Below are positions 8,953-17,891 of a stretch of DNA of 54,675 nt, piece by piece. Origin of the DNA: an uncultured Collinsella sp. Lineage in GTDB: Bacteria; Actinomycetota; Coriobacteriia; Coriobacteriales; Coriobacteriaceae. The stretch is from contig CABVAS010000001.1 of the NCBI GenBank assembly GCA_902496375.1, positions 1-54,675 of the forward strand, given 5' to 3'. The notes under the pieces are model-generated. The model was not told the DNA's origin. It did not search any database and saw only the letters and a program-made list of their open reading frames with translations. The translations under genes were made by a program, and so were the position numbers. Every line of letters begins with the position of its first letter. The first letter of the stretch is position 1.

Positions 8953-9055
8953 TTAGTCCCATTCCGGCACAGCGAGACACTTCCTAGACGACTGACCGTG
9001 GGGCCGGCTTTTCTGCTTTTGCAGCAGTGCCCCGATAACCCTCTTTTGCCGGCCC
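8953..9055 (+). ncRNA. Candidate structured RNA motif upstream of yitT-like gene (copy 2)
   Basis: Homologous to 6669-6778. Confidence 0.5.
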
Positions 9056-9095
9056 GGGTCAGCTTTTTCACACAACCGAAAGGACGGGTAGCAAC

Positions 9096-9776
9096 ATGCG
9101 ACCGCTCATCATCATGCATGGCGAGAACATCGACTGGTGCCATACCGTCATCAGAATGCTGATGTATCTGGTGGGCGTTGCAGTACTGGCACTCGGTATG
9201 AGTCTCCAGACGGCATCCGGCCTGGGCGTCGCCGCGCTCACGTGCTTTGCCACAACCCTATCCATGCTCACTGGCGAGACGCTCGGCTTTTGGATCACCG
9301 CAACCTACGTCGCCTACATCGTGGCGCAATTAGCCATCTTGCGAAGCGAGTTCCAGCCGCGCATCCTGCTCGAGTTGTTCTTCTCAACGCTGATTGGCGG
9401 CTTGACCGACCTCTTCATGGCGGTCAACCCACTGCATCCCACGGCACTCCCCACACAGATTGCGACCATGCTGCTCTCCCTCGCTGTCACCGCATTTGGC
9501 GTAAGTCTCGTCGTCAACATGGGCGTTGTCCCCAACGCGCCCGACGGCTTGGTGCAAGTCATTGCCGAAAAGCTTAAACGCCGCTTTGGTGACGTAAAAG
9601 TCGTGTTTGACTGCTCACATGTCGCCGCCTCGCTCGCGTTGTCGCTGATCTTTATGTACAACCTGGGCGGCTTTGGCGTCACGACCGCCATCTCGGCACT
9701 GTTCCTGGGCCATGTCATCAACGTCGCCAACAAGCTGTTCGCCCAGCGCTTTATCCGCGCGGCATTTGGAAAATAG
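9096..9776 (+). CDS. YitT/YczE-family membrane protein
   Basis: Multiple TM helices, SGLGVA, PNAPDGL, KVVFD, GVTTAISALFLG. Confidence 0.8.
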   Translation: MRPLIIMHGENIDWCHTVIRMLMYLVGVAVLALGMSLQTASGLGVAALTCFATTLSMLTGETLGFWITATYVAYIVAQLAILRSEFQPRILLELFFSTLIGGLTDLFMAVNPLHPTALPTQIATMLLSLAVTAFGVSLVVNMGVVPNAPDGLVQVIAEKLKRRFGDVKVVFDCSHVAASLALSLIFMYNLGGFGVTTAISALFLGHVINVANKLFAQRFIRAAFGK

Positions 9777-9810
9777 CACCACCGCAAAACCCGCGAGTAG
9801 CGCTTACTTT

Positions 9811-9870
9811 GCTATATCTCACTATACTTTGCTATATCTTGCTATACTTTGCTATATCTTGCTATATCTT
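9811..9870 (+). repeat. Tandem array of six 10-bp units (GCTATATCTT/GCTATACTTT)
   Basis: gctatatctc actatacttt gctatatctt gctatacttt gctatatctt gctatatctt. Confidence 0.9.
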
Positions 9871-9887
9871 GAGCAAAGGTGGCTCAC

Positions 9888-10979
9888 ATGCAAACAAACC
9901 CTTTTAAGCCCACAGCAGGTAAAACACCCCCCACGATTATCGGCCGCGAAGATGTACTCGAAGAATTCAGTGAAGGCCTCACCAACGGGCCTGGTGCCCC
10001 TGGGCGCCTAATGCGCATAGCCGGCGTCCGTGGAACGGGCAAGACGGTCCTCCTTGACGAGTGCTCACGTTTGGCGCAAAGCCGTGGCTGGACGGTCATA
10101 AAAGAGGTCGCAACCGAGGGACTTTGCCAGCGCATTCTCGAACAGCTGCAGCCCAAATTCCAGGCCAAACACGCCAGATTTGAGCCCACCGTAGCTGGCA
10201 TATCCATCGGCAGCATAGATATTGAGCGAATCGGCCCATCGCTACGCGACGCCATGAGACAGACAATATCCAAGAATGGAAATGGCCTGCTCATCACTCT
10301 CGACGAGGTTCAAGACGCAGAGCTCGATGAGGTCCGAACGCTCTCCATTGCGATTCAGCAGGTTATCGGCGAAGACCTTGATATCGCCTTTGTTTTTGCT
10401 GGGCTGCCTTCGATGATTGAAAGCATCATCAACGGAAAGACACTTACGTTTTTGCGCCGTGCCCTCCCCTTTGATCTGAAGGCTGTGGCAGTAACCGAAG
10501 TGTCGTACTCCCTCGAAGAAACCATTGAAGCGTCTGGCATGGAGCTGCAACCAGGTATTGCCGGCCAACTTGCCGAGGCAACGCAAGGCTACCCCTTTAT
10601 GATTCAGCTCGTTGGATATTACGCATGGCAACTGGCACGACGCGCCCATACAACTGTAATTGGAGAGGAAGAGGCAAAGCGAGGCATCGCAACAGCACGC
10701 GAACGCTTCTGCGCAATGGTGATTGAGCCCGCGCTGCAGCGCATTCCGCCCACGTGCATCGCTTATCTGCTGAGCATGGCGTCCTTAGGGCAGACGAGTT
10801 CGACCAGCATGGTTGCCGATGACTTAAACAAGACACCTCAACAGGTAAGTTCCATCCGCAGTCGTCTGCTGAGAGAGTCGATCATTGAGGCGCCCTCGTA
10901 CGGCAAGGTCTCATTTGCCATCCCCTACATGCGCGACTACCTCAACGAACACAAAGCCGAACTGGAAGTTGAGCTGTAG
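9888..10979 (+). CDS. AAA+ ATPase with C-terminal winged helix
   Basis: NPFKP, IIGRE, Walker A GVRGTGKT, Walker B LITLDEVQ, GYPFMIQL, C-terminal HTH. Confidence 0.85.
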   Translation: MQTNPFKPTAGKTPPTIIGREDVLEEFSEGLTNGPGAPGRLMRIAGVRGTGKTVLLDECSRLAQSRGWTVIKEVATEGLCQRILEQLQPKFQAKHARFEPTVAGISIGSIDIERIGPSLRDAMRQTISKNGNGLLITLDEVQDAELDEVRTLSIAIQQVIGEDLDIAFVFAGLPSMIESIINGKTLTFLRRALPFDLKAVAVTEVSYSLEETIEASGMELQPGIAGQLAEATQGYPFMIQLVGYYAWQLARRAHTTVIGEEEAKRGIATARERFCAMVIEPALQRIPPTCIAYLLSMASLGQTSSTSMVADDLNKTPQQVSSIRSRLLRESIIEAPSYGKVSFAIPYMRDYLNEHKAELEVEL

Positions 10980-10996
10980 AAGCGGCAACTGCTCTG

Positions 10997-11153
10997 CAAG
11001 ACGAAAACCGTTTGCGTACGGTTCTAAACAAGACGCAAACGGTTTTCGTCTTGATTTGCGTCCGGAAATAAGACGTAAATTGCGTTTTCGTACGTTTTTG
11101 CTCCAGACGCAACGCGCTTTCGTCCGACGATACGTCTGCGATCCAGACGAAAA
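10997..11153. repeat. 21-bp perfect inverted repeat plus degenerate AGACG-initiated palindromic units
   Basis: 10997-11017 pairs with 11033-11053; related units start at 11071, 11105 and 11145. Confidence 0.65.
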
Positions 11154-11254
11154 GAGCCCCGAGCTCGTATGAACTCGGGGGCTTCTGCCACGCATCTATG
11201 AGAGGAGAAATTCGATGCGTACGGGCGCTACTCCATGTAGCCACCCTGGGATGG

Positions 11255-11477
11255 CGGCAACCTCGTCGTCCCCCGCCTGATGGACGCGCTCAAGGCATCC
11301 GTCCCCCTCTTTATCAACGTAACCGGCAAAATGTTCGTCGAGGAGACCATCCGCACGCACCGTGGCGTGGCCGACGCCATTGAGGCACGAAACCTCACCG
11401 CCGCGCACGACGCCATGTATCTGCACCTGGTCTACAACCGCAACATGATCGCGGAAGGCGCACAGGCGCAGTCGTGA
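11255..11477 (+). pseudogene. 5'-truncated FadR/GntR regulator (FCD C-terminus only)
   Basis: GNLVVPRL...THRGVADAIEARNLTAAHDAMYLHL; no HTH upstream. Confidence 0.7.
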
Positions 11478-11495
11478 CAAAAGCGCGTGTCGCCC

Positions 11496-13208
11496 TTATT
11501 CGATAACGGCAACACGCGTCGCGAGTTTATTGATTCCTGCATTAATGACGTACTTTACGGCGGGAATCACCGTCTTGCCGCACTCGATATTCGTGTTCGC
11601 CTCAGGACGGAGCAAAACACGCTCACCCTCCACGTGCCCAACAGCCTCAACGCGGCATACTTTATCGGTATCCTCCAACGTCACCCAATGGTAGTCGCCC
11701 GGCACGGCAAAGCCCGCATCGAATGCAACGCAATCAATCGCGCTCGTAACAATATGGCTACGAAGCTGTCCGTTCGCAAGAGGAATGATATCGGTTACCA
11801 CATCGATACCCGGACACGGGCTCCAGCGCGTCCGTACAGCACATTTCCCGTCGTCGAGCGTTACGATCTCGCTTTTGTCCACGCCGTCACGAACAAACAC
11901 GCGCCCACCGACAACGAACGAAAGCACGCTATCAGGCGCAGCCTCTTCGAGGGTGCGTTGGGAGCGTGCCACGCTGAAGCCGAAGCGGCTCGAATAGGCG
12001 AACTTGCTGTACTTGTTGTCCGACTGGGCAAAGGGATGTCCCGGTACGCGGCCGCTCGGATACAGCACGACCTCGCCCCCGGTATCGCACGCCACAAGTC
12101 CGGTACCACCCAGAGCGGAGACAACACCGTCGTGGACAGGCATCGTTCCCGAGGCCGGCAGGGTCCAAAATGAATCGTCCTCGGGCAACGCCAGACACGC
12201 GAAGGCCATAAGGCACCAATAAGGAGAACCGGCGGCGTTGTAACTCTCGCACATATGCTGGTTGGGATAGCGGTAGCCCACCGTCACGACCCCACCGTTA
12301 TCGCAGATACGCGTCCGATTCCACGCCTCGAAGTTCCGCACGATCAGACCCTTGAGGCAGGCGGTATCAAAGCCCTCGCCCAAGTTAACGCCGGCGGCGA
12401 CTGCGATGGACCAGAAACCCGCCTGCGCGAAGCGGTACGTCATGGAACGACCATACGGCACGCCCTCGCCACGCGCCGAGAATAGCTTGACGTAATCGGA
12501 AGCGAAAAGCTTAAGACGGTCGAGATATCCCGTCGCGCGGACGGTGTCTCTCAATCCGAACTTCCAGATATAGAGCACCGAGAAGAACTGGAACGTCATG
12601 GCATTGTAGTAGTCGGGCAGACCGGTAGGTCCGTCCTTATACCAGCCGTCACCTTGGTAGAAGCCTTCGAGCGTAGAGAGGTCCTCGAGCAGGAGTCGCT
12701 CGTCGTAGGGCATGCCGAGCTCGCGCAGGGCAAGGTTCACCAACGCCTGGAACCAAAGCCAGTTGCCCGCCGGACAGGTATGCTCGTTGATCTTTCCCAA
12801 CCATGCGGCGGCACGCACGCGCTGCCCCTCCGTCAACGGCTCCCAAAGCACGTCGGGAGCCAAAAGCAGCGCATAGGCGATGGCCGCCATCTCGACGAAC
12901 TTCTGGTCATGGTCGCGGCAATCGCCCCAGTACGCCTCGGACTGGGGGTCGGTTCCGGCAATCAACCCGTTGCAATAGGCATGCTCGAAAAACCCATCGG
13001 CGCTGCGCGATCCGCCCGCCCAAAACGGAGCGAGGCCCCAAAGAGTCCTCGCCCACGCCTCCATGGGAATAACCTCGTTTTCATACTGCGCCCCGCCGCC
13101 CGCGAGCTCGATCCGCGAACACGAAGCATCGAAGTGCTTTCGCAGCGGGTCGAGATAGCGCATGAGTAGAGCCTCGAAGTCTCGACGCGACTCCAGTGTC
13201 ATCGACAC
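11496..13208 (-). CDS. DUF2264 protein (GH154-like putative beta-glucuronidase)
   Basis: EAWARTLWG, GTDP, DQKFVE, NWLWF, GWYKDG, DYYN, YGRSMTYRFA, ESYNAAGSPYW, KYSKFAYS. Confidence 0.85.
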   Translation of the reverse strand: MSMTLESRRDFEALLMRYLDPLRKHFDASCSRIELAGGGAQYENEVIPMEAWARTLWGLAPFWAGGSRSADGFFEHAYCNGLIAGTDPQSEAYWGDCRDHDQKFVEMAAIAYALLLAPDVLWEPLTEGQRVRAAAWLGKINEHTCPAGNWLWFQALVNLALRELGMPYDERLLLEDLSTLEGFYQGDGWYKDGPTGLPDYYNAMTFQFFSVLYIWKFGLRDTVRATGYLDRLKLFASDYVKLFSARGEGVPYGRSMTYRFAQAGFWSIAVAAGVNLGEGFDTACLKGLIVRNFEAWNRTRICDNGGVVTVGYRYPNQHMCESYNAAGSPYWCLMAFACLALPEDDSFWTLPASGTMPVHDGVVSALGGTGLVACDTGGEVVLYPSGRVPGHPFAQSDNKYSKFAYSSRFGFSVARSQRTLEEAAPDSVLSFVVGGRVFVRDGVDKSEIVTLDDGKCAVRTRWSPCPGIDVVTDIIPLANGQLRSHIVTSAIDCVAFDAGFAVPGDYHWVTLEDTDKVCRVEAVGHVEGERVLLRPEANTNIECGKTVIPAVKYVINAGINKLATRVAVIE

Positions 13209-13210
13209 CG

Positions 13211-14434
13211 CTACCTCCTCTGGAGCACCTCGGCCACAACCTCGGACTGCTCGACGACGCGCTGTCCACGAAACTGCTCGCCGGAAGCGCAGGTGTAGTC
13301 GACGTTCTCCTCAACCAGCACGTCACTATCGCCCATCTGCACGAATGGCTTTCCAGCGCTCTCCGTATCGGGCGTGTACTCGATGGCGCAATCGCGCAGC
13401 TCAAGCGTCATCGGCAGGGTATCGGAGCCCTTGCAGAACGACGTCATGCTCGCACCGGTCACCTTGCAGTCTTGGAAATGCAGGTCCAGCAGCGGGACCT
13501 CGGTCATGTAGCCGCGCTCGCTACCGAAATCGTAGTTGACCAAGCGTCCGGGATTCTCAAACGTGCAGCCCGCGATGCGCCAGTTGCAAGCGGCGCCACG
13601 GTAGACATCTCCGCTGGGTGAATAGTACTTCACGGCAGCGTGCATGTGGAACTTACCGTCCAGGATGTGAGGGTACTCGCCGGGACCCACGAAGCGACAC
13701 TTGTTTACCAGCAGGTTCTGGCAACCCAGACGGATGGCGTTGCAGGCGGTGTTGAGCAGGCAGTCCTCGACGACAACGTTACGTGCATCGAAACCGGCGA
13801 CGCAGTCATCGCCCGTCTTGAGCGTGCAAGAGCGGATGGTCACGTTGTCGCAGTGATGGATGTTGAAGCCGTCGTGGCCGCCCAGGATGCTCACATTCTC
13901 GGCAAGGAGATTGGTGCACGAATCCATCTGGTGGCTCCAGTTGGCGCTGTGCTCAAACGTGTAGCCCTTGAGCGTCACGTTCTGGCAGCGGCAGATGCGG
14001 ATGCCCATGGCGCCACGGAATCCCTCCTCGCCGGCGGGGTCGGTGCAGTCGACACCGTCGAACGAGCTGTCTGGCTCGCCGGTGATCGCGACGTTCTTGG
14101 CATCGGCAATCGTGAGCAGGGCACGCGTGTAATGCGGCGGAAGGCGCTGGATGCGTACGATCTCGGGGTCGGTCGCGTAGCGGAGCGTGGTGGGAATGTC
14201 CCAGTCGGTGTAGTCCGCGATGTCTTCGGACCCCTGGATCTTGGCACCGGACTCAAGATGGAGCTCGGTGTCGCCGTACATGCGGATGGAGCCGACGCGA
14301 TAGGTGCCGGCTGGAACGACGACACGCGCACCTTGCGCGCCGCGCGCCTGGTCGAGTACCGCCTGGAACTCAGCGGTTACCAGACCCTCGGCCTGGGCAA
14401 GCTCCGCGGGAACATGGAGGATAGTGAGAGACAT
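13211..14434 (-). CDS. GH28-like beta-helix glycosidase (atypical motifs)
   Basis: FQAVLD, VVVPAGTY, LHLESGA, GHDG, KTGDDC, ACNAIRLG. Confidence 0.75.
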   Translation of the reverse strand: MSLTILHVPAELAQAEGLVTAEFQAVLDQARGAQGARVVVPAGTYRVGSIRMYGDTELHLESGAKIQGSEDIADYTDWDIPTTLRYATDPEIVRIQRLPPHYTRALLTIADAKNVAITGEPDSSFDGVDCTDPAGEEGFRGAMGIRICRCQNVTLKGYTFEHSANWSHQMDSCTNLLAENVSILGGHDGFNIHHCDNVTIRSCTLKTGDDCVAGFDARNVVVEDCLLNTACNAIRLGCQNLLVNKCRFVGPGEYPHILDGKFHMHAAVKYYSPSGDVYRGAACNWRIAGCTFENPGRLVNYDFGSERGYMTEVPLLDLHFQDCKVTGASMTSFCKGSDTLPMTLELRDCAIEYTPDTESAGKPFVQMGDSDVLVEENVDYTCASGEQFRGQRVVEQSEVVAEVLQRR

Positions 14435-14452
14435 GGGTTTCCTTTCTTTGTC

Positions 14453-15310
14453 TTAGGCGTCCGTACCCTCTTGCGGGGCGACGCCGGAAAAGCGGTCATT
14501 CGGGCCTCCGTTTTGTGCCGTCTCACCCCGGCGACCCCAGACCTCGATCTGGCTCAAGCCGGGAAAACCGTCCTCATCGCGTTTGACCAGCTGCCCGATC
14601 TTGACCCAGGAAAGGCGCCTGCCGCCCAGATCGAACGCCTGACGCTCCCCCGTCTTCTCGAGCGAAAGGTCGAGCACCGACCCATCCGAAAGCTCGAGCT
14701 TCGCGGATTCCCAACACGTGTCGTGCGGAAAATCGGCACGTAGATACAGCCGCAGCTCATCGGCTACGACCTTCTCGCCAAAGTCGATTTTGAGCCAGGC
14801 GTCGGCGCGGCCGGCGACGCCCCACGACTCATGCGGCCAGCTGCCATGACTCGAGGTCTCGATCACGCCGTCGATGGCATTGCGAGCGATAAACTGGGGG
14901 TTATCCATGGGGATGTTCGACGTCGCATGGGGATAGATGCCCTGTGCGCCCTCGTAATCGCATGAATTGCGTGAGAGGCACCGCCAGGCACCCGCCTCGC
15001 GAGTATCCTCGATGCGCGCATAGGCATAGTGACGTTCATCCTCAAACGCCCATCCCTTGCCATACGCCTTCTGGCCCTCGCCGAGCGGGATGGGAAACTC
15101 AAACGTGTCCCGCTCCATCAACACGTGGCTCTCGACGAGCGCGGCATCGAGTTTGAGCACCAGATGCACCGGTGCCTCATCGCAATGGATGACAAGCTTG
15201 TCGCCCGGCTCGTATGCCCCGCGCCAAGAAAGCGTCACCTCGTCTTTGCACTCGGTGGAATAGACGGTCTCCCCCGTCTCGCGCACGACACTCAGGGAAA
15301 GCATAGCCAT
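14453..15310 (-). CDS. Carbohydrate-binding (galactose-binding/discoidin-like) protein
   Basis: YPHATSN, FIARNAIDG, HGSWPHESWG, LKIDFG, LYLRADFPHD. Confidence 0.65.
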   Translation of the reverse strand: MAMLSLSVVRETGETVYSTECKDEVTLSWRGAYEPGDKLVIHCDEAPVHLVLKLDAALVESHVLMERDTFEFPIPLGEGQKAYGKGWAFEDERHYAYARIEDTREAGAWRCLSRNSCDYEGAQGIYPHATSNIPMDNPQFIARNAIDGVIETSSHGSWPHESWGVAGRADAWLKIDFGEKVVADELRLYLRADFPHDTCWESAKLELSDGSVLDLSLEKTGERQAFDLGGRRLSWVKIGQLVKRDEDGFPGLSQIEVWGRRGETAQNGGPNDRFSGVAPQEGTDA

Positions 15311-15320
15311 ACAGAACCCC

Positions 15321-16952
15321 CTAACGATCGCAATAGGTAAATGAGCCGAACGTGGCGACCGCGCTCTTATCCCACATATCGATGCAGGTGAGCCCGACGA
15401 CCGTTCCGGTATAGGCGCCAAAGCCCACGTGCTCGTCGCTCATGATGGAGGCGTCGAGCACCAACGGGTTGCCGTCGCCGTGCTCGACCGTCTGCCATTC
15501 CGCGTCATCAAAGGCATAGGAGAACACGAGGTCGTAGCCGTCGACGGAAACACCGAGCCGCACCGTCGCGACGGATGTGGGCACCTCGATACCCGCATCG
15601 CCCAACGGCATCGTGAACGAGCCCTTGTCGCAAGACAGCACCTGGATCGTCCTGCAGGCGCGTTTCTCGTCCCATCCCAGATACAGGTAATGAAACGTAC
15701 GCGAATCGTACTCGCAGATCAAGCCGGCGGACTGGTTGTAATGGCGTGGGTCGAAACGCAGCGAACACTCGGCGCGCCACGCATGGCTGCAGGCACGCCT
15801 GACGATCTCGGACCGCTCGAACGAGGAGCTCGGCGAATCGCCGCCCTTAAGCGTCAGGCCTTCGGCACCGGTGCCCCACCAATCGCCCGCCAGGCGCCGG
15901 GAGCACAGCCAGCCCTCTTTCCAAAGATCGGCATCGGCGGCAAAGTCCGTCTCGTACGCAAGACGCGTACTCGGCACCGGAGCATCCCCCGCAACATCGA
16001 ACGTGGCGGGCGCGGCGACGCCGCCATCTGCCAGACGCGGCCAACCGTCGCGCCACACAATCTGCGCCATACCGGTCTCGCGACCAAGCGGAGAGCAACC
16101 AGCCTCATGCTCATCGAACACATGCACCGACCCATCGCGCTCGGGCAGGTAGCGGCTGCAGAGGAACGTGACGTACCAAGAACCGTCGGGAGCTTGGACA
16201 AAATTACCGTGTCCAGATTTGCGCAGGGCGCTCTCGGTGCACCAAGCGCGCACCAAAGGCTCGGGGCACATCTCATAAGGACCCCACAGCTCACGCGACC
16301 GCGCCATGCGGATACGATGACGGCGACCGGTGCCGCCCTCGGCACAGGCGATGTAGTACCAGCCGTCGTGCTTGAGCACGTGCGGGCCCTCACGCAGCCA
16401 GTTGACCGCATCGCTGTTGTCGAGCACCACCCTCGCCTCGCCGACCAGGCCGTCCTCAAGCGAGAACTCCTGCATCACCAAACCGTTGAACTTATGATGC
16501 CCCTCGGCGGGACGAGGGTCCCACTGCGGGTTGATGACGTAATGTCGTCCGTCCTCATGAAAGAATCCCGGGTCGAAGCCCGATGCATTGACAAAGACGG
16601 GTTCCGACCACGGGCCGCGAGGGTCCTCGGCGGTGACCACATAGTTACGGACGTCCTTGAAGATGCCGTCAATCTGGTATGCGATCGTATAGGTCAGCCA
16701 AAAGCGTTCGCTCGCCTCGTCATAGGTGAGGTCGGGAGCCCAAACACCCGCCGAATCGGGAACACCGCGCAGATCCAGATCGGGCAGAGCACCACCGAGA
16801 GGCCTCCATTCGATCAAATCGTCGGATTCATAGAGCGAAACCGCCGGTACCCACTGGAAGGTCGACGTTGCAAGATAGTACTTACCATGCGCCTGACACA
16901 GGCAGGGATCGGGATGAAAGCCCCTCAGCACCGGATTGGCGATCGTCGTCAT
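15321..16952 (-). CDS. GH43 beta-xylosidase/arabinofuranosidase
   Basis: NPVLRGFHPDP, GVWAPDL, GFDP, EGPH, LGRET, C-terminal ConA-like domain; TAATG coupling to the upstream gene. Confidence 0.9.
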   Translation of the reverse strand: MTTIANPVLRGFHPDPCLCQAHGKYYLATSTFQWVPAVSLYESDDLIEWRPLGGALPDLDLRGVPDSAGVWAPDLTYDEASERFWLTYTIAYQIDGIFKDVRNYVVTAEDPRGPWSEPVFVNASGFDPGFFHEDGRHYVINPQWDPRPAEGHHKFNGLVMQEFSLEDGLVGEARVVLDNSDAVNWLREGPHVLKHDGWYYIACAEGGTGRRHRIRMARSRELWGPYEMCPEPLVRAWCTESALRKSGHGNFVQAPDGSWYVTFLCSRYLPERDGSVHVFDEHEAGCSPLGRETGMAQIVWRDGWPRLADGGVAAPATFDVAGDAPVPSTRLAYETDFAADADLWKEGWLCSRRLAGDWWGTGAEGLTLKGGDSPSSSFERSEIVRRACSHAWRAECSLRFDPRHYNQSAGLICEYDSRTFHYLYLGWDEKRACRTIQVLSCDKGSFTMPLGDAGIEVPTSVATVRLGVSVDGYDLVFSYAFDDAEWQTVEHGDGNPLVLDASIMSDEHVGFGAYTGTVVGLTCIDMWDKSAVATFGSFTYCDR

Positions 16953-17803
16953 TATTTGGCCCACCCGTTATCACCTGCAAGGCGAGACGATTCCCACCGA
17001 TCAAGACAATTCATCCGAAATGAACGGTACGGTTCACATGCCTTCAGGTCATCAATCTCCATCGCCACAACGGAGGCATGATCATGGGGGCCTTCCGCAA
17101 GAACCGTTCCATCCGGTGATATGACCTGACTCGGTGCGCGCTTCCCCTCAATGTCCTTATATTCGGGAACAGCCATGGCGGCCGCGACGAAGATTCCATT
17201 CTCGTAGGCTCGTGCTTTGGCATACATGTATTCCCAACCCCATGTCGGAGCGAGGACTAAATCGACACCCTGTCGCGCATAGGCACGACAGGTTTCGGGA
17301 AATTGCATATCCCAACAGATTCCGACACCGATCTTGCCAAACTCGCTCTCCCAAACCGGAAAACCAGTGCCTGGAGTCATGTAATCATTCTCATCGCCCG
17401 CAAGGAACACTTTCGAATACGCGTGAACCTCATTGCCCACTCGATTGAAAACGACAGCTTGATTGCGCAACGCTCCGTCACGACCAACGCGCAGAATACC
17501 TGCAACCACATTCATGTTGCACTCACGCGCGGTTCTAGATAGTTCGCCACAAACCCAATCCTGCGTTGAATGAACGAGCTCCGCGCTCGACAATCCGGGC
17601 AAGCAACGAACCTGACCGGGATAGTTGATTGCCTCGCTAGTAAGAGCGATATCCACACCCTCGTCAGCCGCATCACGTATCAGGGATACATTCTGCTCGA
17701 CCATCTCACGTTGCATCTCGATAGCCTCATCACGGGAAAAGACATCCTCGTCATGAAACCGATAGAGCTTGTTCTGTTTCTCCTGTATTAATGCAAGCTT
17801 CAT
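16952..17803 (-). CDS. Carbon-nitrogen hydrolase (nitrilase superfamily)
   Basis: E-K-C triad: TSEA, YSKVF, ICWDMQFPE. Confidence 0.88.
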   Translation of the reverse strand: MKLALIQEKQNKLYRFHDEDVFSRDEAIEMQREMVEQNVSLIRDAADEGVDIALTSEAINYPGQVRCLPGLSSAELVHSTQDWVCGELSRTARECNMNVVAGILRVGRDGALRNQAVVFNRVGNEVHAYSKVFLAGDENDYMTPGTGFPVWESEFGKIGVGICWDMQFPETCRAYARQGVDLVLAPTWGWEYMYAKARAYENGIFVAAAMAVPEYKDIEGKRAPSQVISPDGTVLAEGPHDHASVVAMEIDDLKACEPYRSFRMNCLDRWESSRLAGDNGWAK

Positions 17804-17891
17804 CGCAACCCGTCATTCCTCAATTCACCCCATGAGACATGTGGAAACGTCTACCCGGACGTATGCACCGTCGTGTTTCAACGACGGAGAT

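Noticed and set aside
10997..11153. Mini CRISPR array
   Set aside because: Units are too degenerate, spacers only about 11-20 nt, and no cas genes are present
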